Of a DNA stretch of 55,102 nt, positions 27,870 to 34,944 are shown piece by piece. Every line of letters starts with the position of its first letter. The stretch's first letter is position 1. Position numbers and translations under genes: made by a program. The notes beneath the pieces were generated by a model. That model did not search any database and had not been told where the DNA came from. It saw nothing but the letters and a program-made list of their open reading frames with translations. Origin of the DNA: a virus (Duplodnaviria; Caudoviricetes); IMG/VR virus record IMGVR_UViG_3300046723_000197, positions 1 through 55,102 of that record. One strand, 5' to 3'.

Positions 27870-28490
27870 GCCGAGCCGAGCCCTGCCTTGCCCCGCCATG
27901 CCCTGACCCGCCGTGCCTTGCCCTGAGGTAGCCATGCCCAGCCGCGCCATGCCATGCCTTGCCGCACCCGGCCCTGCCATGCCGCGCCTTGAGGTAGCCC
28001 AGCCCGGCCCTGCCTGGCCAGGCCCAGCCGTGCCCAGCCATGCCTTGCCGCGCCCCGCCCTGAGGTAGCCCAGCCATGCCCCGCCCTGCCCCGCCATGCC
28101 GGGCCATGCCACGCCCAGCCATGCCTCGCCTCGCCTGGCCTTGCCGTGAGGTAGCCCAGCCACGCCCTGCCAAGCCGAGCCAAGCCCGGCCTTGCCACGC
28201 CGAGCCCTGCCCGGCCAAGCCCTGTCATGCCCTGAGGTAGCCCTGCCCAGCCCTGCCTTGCCCATCCTCGCCCTGCCATGCCGAGCCTTGAGGTAGCCCT
28301 GCCACGCCGAGCCTTGCCATGCCGCGCCCGGCCACGCCCTGCCTCGCCTCGCCCCGAGGTAGCCATGCCTAGCCGCGCCGGGCCATGCCAGGCCTGGCCC
28401 CGCCCGGCCCAGCCTTGCCGGGCCTCGCCCTGCCTTGAGGTAGCCCTGCCGCGCCGCGCCTTGCCCGGCCTCGCCTGGCCTGGCCCAGCC
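27870..28490 (-). ncRNA. Array A: 9 units of (GGC-NN)9-15 separated by GGCTACCTC(A/G)N; putative guide-RNA array
   Basis: Plus strand reads NN-GCC; separators YGAGGTAGCC start at 27924, 27990, 28061, 28147, 28233, 28289, 28355, 28436; array begins 4 nt after the stop of 28495-29070. Confidence 0.85.
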
Positions 28491-28494
28491 ATGA

Positions 28495-29070
28495 CTAGTC
28501 GTTTTCGAGCTTACGGAGCCGTTCCTTCAGGTCGGCTATCTCCTGCTCTGTGTGCTTCACTCGCGCACGGTCGTCTAGCCGCGCGTGCTTCAGCATGTTG
28601 ATCTGCTCGTCATGTTCGGCGAGCCGTTCAGCCTGCATCGACAGGATGGCCACAATATTGCTCATCCCACGGCGGACCTCTTGCACAAGCTGGCGCTCGG
28701 CGTTCGCCATGGATGAGGTGTCGATGGCCTCCACGACCGCGAGGCCCCGCCTCTCGGCCCGGCGTGCCCGCTTGCCGTAGCGGCGGCCCTTGTCGAGCAT
28801 CGCCTGGCCCTCGATGAGCTGGTAGCCGGCACCTCGTACCGCCCGCAGGCTGTACGAGTGCTCGCGCTCCAGCAGCCTGGCTCCAGCACCAACCGCCTGG
28901 TAGTAGGCGCTGTCCTGCCGGTCGATCTCAACCTCGGCGGATAGTTCGCTGTGCGGGATGACATCCTCGACCTTCAGGGTGCCTTCCTCGATCCGGCGCA
29001 CCAGGTATTCCATGATCACCTGACCGGCTGAGCGGCCATCGGCCCGCTTCGGGGCGAACTGGGCGTTCAA
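28495..29070 (-). CDS. Accessory protein of the array cassette: N-terminal winged-HTH-like domain, C-terminal coiled coil
   Basis: RRIEEGTLKVEDVIPHSELSAE...LRAVRGAGYQL; heptad-like tail; TTG start overlaps the RAMP stop. Confidence 0.7.
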   Translation of the reverse strand: MNAQFAPKRADGRSAGQVIMEYLVRRIEEGTLKVEDVIPHSELSAEVEIDRQDSAYYQAVGAGARLLEREHSYSLRAVRGAGYQLIEGQAMLDKGRRYGKRARRAERRGLAVVEAIDTSSMANAERQLVQEVRRGMSNIVAILSMQAERLAEHDEQINMLKHARLDDRARVKHTEQEIADLKERLRKLEND

Positions 29071-29666
29071 ATCTTCATCACCTCGGCCTCGAACCGGCCC
29101 CAGCCGTTGACCCGGTTGTCACCCAGGCCCTCAACCACACCGGAGGTGTGGACGATCTCCTCGAACTCATCGAAGTCGAGGAGGTTGGCCAGCAGCAGCC
29201 AGTCCACGGTCAGGCCCCAGGTGGGGAATGCTGGCCGGCATCGGGGGGTGCGCCCGCGCACCGCGACGATCGTCACGTCCTTGTACTTGCCGAGGGCGTA
29301 TAGCTCATCGGGGGTCTTGCCGTCGTCGGGGAACACCAGGGAGGCGTTCGGCTCAGCCGGGTCGGCGATGTTGAGCGCCCGGACGATGTCCTTGCCTTTG
29401 CGCGTGGCCTTCGCGGCTTCCTGGAAGCAGCGGCGGACGTTCATCTTCGGCACCACGATCCGGTCTTCGTGCATGTAGAGGCCGCCCAGGAATTCCAGGC
29501 GCTGGATTTCCCGCCGGTCGTCCTCTGTCTTGGTGCGCTTTTTCGTGATCTTGGCGATCTCCCGTGCCCAGTAGTTGTCTGGGTCGGCGAGCTGGACGTT
29601 GTGCTGTGCATACTGGGTCTGCCCGATCAGGCGCGTTCGCACCTTGACGGCGGTAGTTCCTGCCAT
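29067..29666 (-). CDS. Stand-alone RAMP/Cas7-like RNA-binding protein; candidate effector of the GGC-NN arrays
   Basis: N-terminal strand VRTRLIGQTQYAQHN, VVPKMNVRRCF helix motif, RPAFPTW, C-terminal Gly loop GLGDNRVNGWGRF; RBS AGGAGG. Confidence 0.75.
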   Translation of the reverse strand: MAGTTAVKVRTRLIGQTQYAQHNVQLADPDNYWAREIAKITKKRTKTEDDRREIQRLEFLGGLYMHEDRIVVPKMNVRRCFQEAAKATRKGKDIVRALNIADPAEPNASLVFPDDGKTPDELYALGKYKDVTIVAVRGRTPRCRPAFPTWGLTVDWLLLANLLDFDEFEEIVHTSGVVEGLGDNRVNGWGRFEAEVMKI

Positions 29667-29720
29667 GCGGCCCTCCTAGTTCCATATCCTCGGCGGGAAT
29701 CCCCAGCGAGGGTGAGCGCA

Positions 29721-29750
29721 AGACTATGTTTAAATCTGTGCTACAGTCAA
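29721..29750. promoter_or_regulatory. Overlapping divergent promoters for the RAMP operon (-) and array B (+)
   Basis: Minus: TTGACT (29750-29745), 18 nt, TAGTCT (29726-29721). Plus: extended -10 TG-C-TACAGT (29739-29747). AT-rich island. Confidence 0.6.
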
Positions 29751-29757
29751 ATCGCAT

Positions 29758-30253
29758 GGCTCGGCTGGGCGAGGCCAGGCGGGGCTTGGCGCGGCTAGGC
29801 TGGGCGGGGCCAGGCATGGCTACCTCAAGGCACGGCGTGGCTTGGCCCGGCGCGGCGAGGCCCGGCGCGGCTCGGCCCGGCGCGGCCCGGCAAGGCATGG
29901 CTACCTCAGGGCACGGCGGGGCATGGCCCGGCGTGGCTCGGCATGGCAGGGCCTGGCTCGGCATGGCAGGGCCTGGCTCGGCATGGCAGGGCCTGGCTCG
30001 GCATGGCCTGGCATGGCTACCTCAGGGCGGGGCATGGCTGGGCGCGGCGCGGCGGGGCAAGGTCTGGCCAGGCCGGGCACGGCAGGGCTACCTCAGGGCT
30101 AAGCGGGGCCAGGCGGGGCGCGGCTAGGCGGGGCGGGGCTCGGCCGGGCGCGGCCAGGCTTGGCGCGGCGCGGCACGGCAGGGCTACCTCAGGGCACGGC
30201 TCGGCTCGGCAAGGCCAGGCTGGGCCGGGCGGGGCATGGCTGGGCTACCTCAC
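29758..30253 (+). ncRNA. Array B: 6 units of (GGC-NN)10-21, each ending GGCTACCTCAN; putative guide-RNA array
   Basis: Separators start at 29818, 29899, 30015, 30086, 30182, 30243; rare GGT/AGC variants keep the 5-nt register. Confidence 0.85.
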
Positions 30254-30294
30254 CTGGCTGGGTTCCCGGTGTTTAGACTGGGAACCCAGCCAGG
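30253..30294 (+). terminator. 18-bp hairpin ending array B
   Basis: CCTGGCTGGGTTCCCGGT-GTTTAG-ACTGGGAACCCAGCCAGG (one G-U pair). Confidence 0.7.
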
Positions 30295-30312
30295 CTCTGA
30301 GCGAGGTGCGCT

Positions 30313-31014
30313 ATGGCTACCATCCCGCGCCGATGGTTTAGCGAAGTAGGGCCAGCCCGCAGCAGGGGCATGACGTTGCTGCCGACCGTGCACCGCAGCA
30401 ACGACGCGGGCGGGCAGACCTATGGCGCCCACCCAGCCAGGCTCGCTGCAGCGCTGCGGCTGCTGGACACGGTCTGCGGGCCATATACCTCTGTCGCTGA
30501 CCTCGGCTGCCTGCACGGTGCCTACACGATCGCCTTCACCAAAGCCGGGTACCTCGCCACCGGCATCGACGCGCGGGCGGAGAATATCGCCGTCTGCCGT
30601 GAAGTGGCAGCCGGGACGCGCGCCCAGTTCATCTGTGATGATGTGCGGAACATCGAAAACCACGGCCCGTTCAACGCGGTGTTCTGCTGCGGGCTGCTGT
30701 ATCACATGGAGCAGCCGGTGAAGCTCCTGCACCAGCTCGCGCAGGTCACCAGCGAGCTGCTCATTGTCCAGACCCACTACTCGACAACGGGCGGCAGCCA
30801 GAACGAGGGCTACGAGGGCTGCTGGTACATCGAGGGCGACCTTGCCCACCCGTGGTCCGCGTGGGGGAACGAGCAGTCCTTCTGGCTCACGCGCCCGGCG
30901 CTGTTCGCCGCGATCCAGGACGCCGGGTTCGGCTTGGTGGCTGAGATCCACGACCACCTCGGGGATGTCAACGGCTCAGCTGGGCGGCTCATGGTGGCCG
31001 GGATCAAGCAGTAG
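30313..31014 (+). CDS. Class I SAM methyltransferase, paralog of 11806-12555
   Basis: SVADLGCLHG, GIDARAEN, FNAVFCCGLLYHM, SFWL. Confidence 0.85.
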   Translation: MATIPRRWFSEVGPARSRGMTLLPTVHRSNDAGGQTYGAHPARLAAALRLLDTVCGPYTSVADLGCLHGAYTIAFTKAGYLATGIDARAENIAVCREVAAGTRAQFICDDVRNIENHGPFNAVFCCGLLYHMEQPVKLLHQLAQVTSELLIVQTHYSTTGGSQNEGYEGCWYIEGDLAHPWSAWGNEQSFWLTRPALFAAIQDAGFGLVAEIHDHLGDVNGSAGRLMVAGIKQ

Positions 31015-31168
31015 GGAAGCCGCGCCGCATCCAGCTGACGAACACCTCCGCCTCCACCCGGCGTCCCCGCCTGGCGTGCTGCAAGAACTCCAGCTGCCCG
31101 GACTCCATAGCGCGGTACACGCTGGCACGGGACAGCTGCGAGCCTTCACACACTTCGGCGACCGTCAT
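31004..31168 (-). CDS. Excisionase-like helix-turn-helix protein (alternative GTG start at 31216)
   Basis: MTVAEVCEGSQLSRASVYRAMESGQL...RGRRV. Confidence 0.65.
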   Translation of the reverse strand: MTVAEVCEGSQLSRASVYRAMESGQLEFLQHARRGRRVEAEVFVSWMRRGFPTA

Positions 31169-31319
31169 CCAGTACAGCGACGGTGGCTCCTGGTAGCTGC
31201 CCCACGCCTGATCCACACCACTATTTTCGCGCCGTGAGACGCCAGGAGACACCCCGGGCGGGCGCGTTGGGCATAATGGAGCCTGAGGCCGCACCCTCTG
31301 TCTGAGCTGAGGAGCGGCT

Positions 31320-31739
31320 GTGGCGCGTATACATGGGAAATCAGGGTTCGTGTATATGGGCATCGCCTCGGGCGCTGTCGCCAGCCCGATCGCGTTCCTG
31401 ACCAACTGGAACCTGAACTTCACGGTGGACCAGCCGGAAGTCACGGCGTTCGGCGACGCCAACAAGATCTACGTCTCGGGCCTGCCCGACGCATCCGGCG
31501 ACTTCACCGGGTTCTTCGATGACGCGAGCCGCCAGATCTACACCGCCGCCCGTGACGGGATCGCCAGGAACTTCTACCTGTACCCCAACACGGTAGCGGA
31601 CCCCAATATGTATTGGTTCGGCCAAATCCTGCCTGATTTTACAGTAAGTGGCGGAATTGCCGAAGCAATTGGTGTGAAAGCCAATTGGAAGGCCTCAACG
31701 GCGGTCATCAAGTATGCGCCTGTTGAAGGGTACGGGTGA
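31320..31739 (+). CDS. Major tail (tube) protein
   Basis: MARIHGK.G.VY, W.LNFT.D..EVTAFGD..K.YVSGLPD.SG.FTGFFD. Confidence 0.8.
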   Translation: MARIHGKSGFVYMGIASGAVASPIAFLTNWNLNFTVDQPEVTAFGDANKIYVSGLPDASGDFTGFFDDASRQIYTAARDGIARNFYLYPNTVADPNMYWFGQILPDFTVSGGIAEAIGVKANWKASTAVIKYAPVEGYG

Positions 31740-31786
31740 TCCTGGGGTCTTGACCCCAGTCACAAAGTTCGTATATGCTCGGGGAC

Positions 31787-32458
31787 ATGGCCGCTACCCG
31801 AGCATGCGAAATACCCGACTGTCCTGGTGTGCACTACGCCAAGGGCCTATGCCGGAACCACTACCGTCGTCAGATGCTGTATGGCGACCCATTGGGCGGA
31901 AACCGCACCCCGGAACGCCAGCCCAGTATCTGCACCGTGGAGGGCTGCACTCGCGCCGCCGCCACGCATTCCTACTGCCTGGCGCACTACATGCGCTGGA
32001 AGCGGCATGGTGACCCGCTCGGCGGCCGGCCGCGCATGCGCGAGCAACTACCAGAGCACTGTCTGATAGAGGGCTGCCCTAAGCCCCCTGCGGCGCGGGG
32101 CTGGTGTTATAGCCACTATGAGCGCTGGCACAGGTGCGGCGATCCCGAGGCTCCCATGCGCCGCGCCGCCAACGGCACTGGCTGGCGTGGCATCGACAGT
32201 CGCGGCTACATGGTGGTCAAGCACGGCAGTAAGACTGAGCTTGAGCACCGGCTCGTTATGGAGGAAACACTTGGCCGCAAGCTCCTGCCAGGTGAAGAGG
32301 TTCACCACAAGAACACGATCAAGACCGACAACGACCCCTCTAACCTGGAACTATGGAGTGGCAGTCAGCCAAGAGGCGGTCGAGTGGAGGACAAGATCGA
32401 CTGGGCACTGGAGTTCCTGGGCCTCTACGGCGAGGTGGATTTTAAGCGGCTGCGCTAG
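31787..32458 (+). CDS. HNH homing endonuclease with three N-terminal C-x4-C...C-x2-HY repeats
   Basis: EHRLVME..LGR.L.PGEEVHHKN..KTDN.PSNLELW. Confidence 0.9.
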   Translation: MAATRACEIPDCPGVHYAKGLCRNHYRRQMLYGDPLGGNRTPERQPSICTVEGCTRAAATHSYCLAHYMRWKRHGDPLGGRPRMREQLPEHCLIEGCPKPPAARGWCYSHYERWHRCGDPEAPMRRAANGTGWRGIDSRGYMVVKHGSKTELEHRLVMEETLGRKLLPGEEVHHKNTIKTDNDPSNLELWSGSQPRGGRVEDKIDWALEFLGLYGEVDFKRLR

Positions 32459-32487
32459 TCTGTCCCCAGCCCACATTGGAGGCCGCA

Positions 32488-33255
32488 ATGTCCGTCACCG
32501 TCGTTCACGACGCCATCCACGTCAACGTGCCGCACCTGCCGCCGGGGATGGCGGCTGGCTACACGACCGGCTCGACCGACATCCAGTGGACTGCGGCTGA
32601 CTGGCATGCCCACCCAGGCGCGGTACGGATCGACCAGGACGCGAGCGCCTCCGACCCGCAGGCCGACGTGCTCGACGTGGAGAGCTTCGCGGCCACCAAC
32701 GCCGAATCGGCTGGCTGGTACCGCCGGGCGCTGGCCAGTTTCAACGCGGGCACGCGGCCGGGGCAGCGTCACCCGGCGATCTACTGCAGCGCGGGCAATG
32801 TGACAGCGCTGGTGAACGCGCTGATCGCCGGCGGGGTCCGCTCTGGCCCTAACCTGTGGGTGGCGAAATGGGACTTCAGCTCGGTAGATGACATCGCCGC
32901 CATCAATAATGCGTCGGGACCGTTCCCGATCATCGGCGGGCAGTTCTCGGACGGCCAGTTCTACGACAGCAACGTGTTTTCTTCGGCCTGGCTGGCGAAT
33001 ACGTCGATGCCGCCGCTGCCGAAGCCACCGGCTACGCCAGCTCAGGTTGAGGCGAACGGGCGGCAGTCGTGGCGGGAACTCGCCCACGCCCACGGCACGA
33101 CCGTGGTCCGCTCGCTGGAACTGACGGTGGAGCACCAGCACGGCCAGCTCTCCCAGCCCCGCCAGGCCGCTTACGTGGCGGTGGGGGACTGGAATGCGAT
33201 CCTGCCTGGCCCGGCCGGGAATGTGCCGGGCGTCAAGATCTGGGTCGGCAACTGA
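32488..33255 (+). CDS. Putative endolysin (GH25/DUF1906-like muramidase)
   Basis: AGY, DVLDVE, PAIYCS, LWVAKW, QF...YDSNVF. Confidence 0.6.
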   Translation: MSVTVVHDAIHVNVPHLPPGMAAGYTTGSTDIQWTAADWHAHPGAVRIDQDASASDPQADVLDVESFAATNAESAGWYRRALASFNAGTRPGQRHPAIYCSAGNVTALVNALIAGGVRSGPNLWVAKWDFSSVDDIAAINNASGPFPIIGGQFSDGQFYDSNVFSSAWLANTSMPPLPKPPATPAQVEANGRQSWRELAHAHGTTVVRSLELTVEHQHGQLSQPRQAAYVAVGDWNAILPGPAGNVPGVKIWVGN

Positions 33256-33839
33256 CCGAGGACGAACTCCGCGAGCTGGCCGGCTATACCGGCCCGCCTG
33301 AGGTAACGTTCGCCGGGCAGCAGTGGAAGGTCCGCTCCGACCCGCTCGCCGCCCTGCTGCGGTATGTGCTCGCGGATATAAAGGCCAAGCCGGAAGAGGA
33401 CGCGGAAGGCCCGGCCCTGGCTGCCATGCACCGGCTGCTGGAAGACTGCCTGGTGGACTTCCCGGCGTTCAGTGCCGCCGCGTTCACCGCCAAGGTCACC
33501 TTTGACGATATCCAGGCAGTGGCTAAGGCGGTCATCGAGTACACGTGTGCCCGGAATTTCTGGCCGGCGATGCGGCTGCTCGGCTACCTGGCTGGCAGCC
33601 TGGAGGAGATCGACGGCAACCTGCTGCGCACGTCGGCGCGGGGCCTGACCAGCCTGACCGCCCGTGAAGCCTGTAATCTGGCATTGGCGATATGCCTCGA
33701 TGGCCGTGATGAGGAGTCTCGCCAGGAGTTCTTCATCGACCTCAGCTATGAGGGGTCGCCGGAAGCTGAGGCCCTGGCGGCGCTGAGGGAGTACAAGGCA
33801 GCTCAGGCTGCGGCGGCGGAGGCCAGTGATGGCGAATGA
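33252..33839 (+). CDS. Hypothetical tail-region protein (chaperone-like); start uncertain
   Basis: Protein-like composition only from about 33252 (CTG overlapping previous TGA); the ORF-track start at 33069 overlaps the lysin. Confidence 0.55.
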   Translation: MTEDELRELAGYTGPPEVTFAGQQWKVRSDPLAALLRYVLADIKAKPEEDAEGPALAAMHRLLEDCLVDFPAFSAAAFTAKVTFDDIQAVAKAVIEYTCARNFWPAMRLLGYLAGSLEEIDGNLLRTSARGLTSLTAREACNLALAICLDGRDEESRQEFFIDLSYEGSPEAEALAALREYKAAQAAAAEASDGE

Positions 33840-34200
33840 GAACGTTGAGATCACCTTCGATGAGAGCGCCCTGGCGCTGTGGTATGTGGCGGTGTCGGAG
33901 GAGCTGCTGCCCCGCATCGCCACCGAGGTTGAGGATCTGGCCCGCGCTATCGCACCCATCCGTGGCCGTCACAGCCCCGTCCCCAAGTGGGCCAAAAAGG
34001 GGTACATCGGGGTGCCTGGCCGGCTGAAGGCGTCGGTGCAGTCGAGCGTGGACCGGGACTATATCGGCCCCTACGCTGACATTGCGGCCCTGTGGTATGG
34101 CCGGTTCATGGACCCGCCGGCGAAGCAGATCAAGCGGTACATCCCATTCCTGCCTTCGGCGCTGATGTGGACCGTGGACGGCAGGGAATATCACCTGTAA
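33826..34200 (+). CDS. HK97 gp10-like tail-completion protein
   Basis: ARAIAP...GRLKAS...PFLPSAL pattern; size and position. Confidence 0.55.
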   Translation: MMANENVEITFDESALALWYVAVSEELLPRIATEVEDLARAIAPIRGRHSPVPKWAKKGYIGVPGRLKASVQSSVDRDYIGPYADIAALWYGRFMDPPAKQIKRYIPFLPSALMWTVDGREYHL

Positions 34201-34531
34201 GCGGGGATTGATATCCAGGGTCATGCGGGGCAGCCCAGCGGCGGCCGACAGCAAGGCCCGCAGACCGTCGTCACCGGGGCGGGGCGCGAACCCGCAATAC
34301 CGGCACCGCAGTTCCAGGCTTGAGCTGTGCCCTCTGGGCGTGTAGGTGGCGGGGATGGGCAGCGGCCCGTTGTAGGCGAACACAGTGACAGGCCGGCGCC
34401 GCCCACGGTGCCCGCACACGAGCCTGATCATGGCCGTCATGGTAGCCTGGCAGCACTTCCCCGGCCTCCGGGTTGAGAACAGGGCGTGCGCATGGCACCG
34501 CGCCCATCCTCCCCACGCAAGCAGGCCGTAC

Positions 34532-34930
34532 ATGTCGAACACCCGCAGCACCACACCGCCGAAAGGCCGGGCGACACCTGCCCGGCAGTCTAAGCCTGAG
34601 CCGCCGTCGTTCAAGCTGATGGGGGCCGAATACAGGCTCGCCGACAAGGTGGGCATCTGGCCGCTGATGCAGTATGCGCGGGCGATCGAAACCGGCGACA
34701 ACGACATGGGCCAGCGGCGGATGATGGCCTCCGCCCACGCGATCCTGGAAGACTCGGTCCACCCTGATGACTGGGGCCGGTTCCAGGAAGACATGATCAG
34801 CAAGAAGATGGACGACCTGCTGGTGGTGCTCGACGCTGTCATGGGCGCTGTCCGCATCGCTGACGCTAAGCGGTCCCGTAATGGCCGCCGCACTCCTGCC
34901 CGGGCCGCTACCGCAGAGATCGCCAGCTGA
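34532..34930 (+). CDS. Tail assembly chaperone-like protein
   Basis: Immediately upstream of the tape measure gene; helical; HPDDWGRF. Confidence 0.6.
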   Translation: MSNTRSTTPPKGRATPARQSKPEPPSFKLMGAEYRLADKVGIWPLMQYARAIETGDNDMGQRRMMASAHAILEDSVHPDDWGRFQEDMISKKMDDLLVVLDAVMGAVRIADAKRSRNGRRTPARAATAEIAS

Positions 34931-34944
34931 CCCGGGAGTAAGCC

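Noticed and set aside
27138-28601. Arg/Gly/Ala/Trp-rich ORFs over array A (27138-28265, 27545-28492, 27835-28218, 28278-28601)
   Set aside because: They are translations of the pentamer repeat, which is stop-poor in several frames; no RBS or domain.
27870-30253. Classical CRISPR array or plain microsatellite
   Set aside because: The constant part is only about 11 nt, the 'spacers' are themselves periodic, and there is no cas1/cas2. The NN positions are diverse and decode to real targets, unlike a satellite.
29353-30341. ORFs over array B (29353-29964, 29726-30127, 29842-30102, 29943-30341), and 14027-14428 over the mini-array
   Set aside because: Same repeat-translation artefact.
34532-34944. 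Programmed frameshift in the tail assembly chaperone
   Set aside because: No clear slippery site, and no room for a second frame before the tape measure start.
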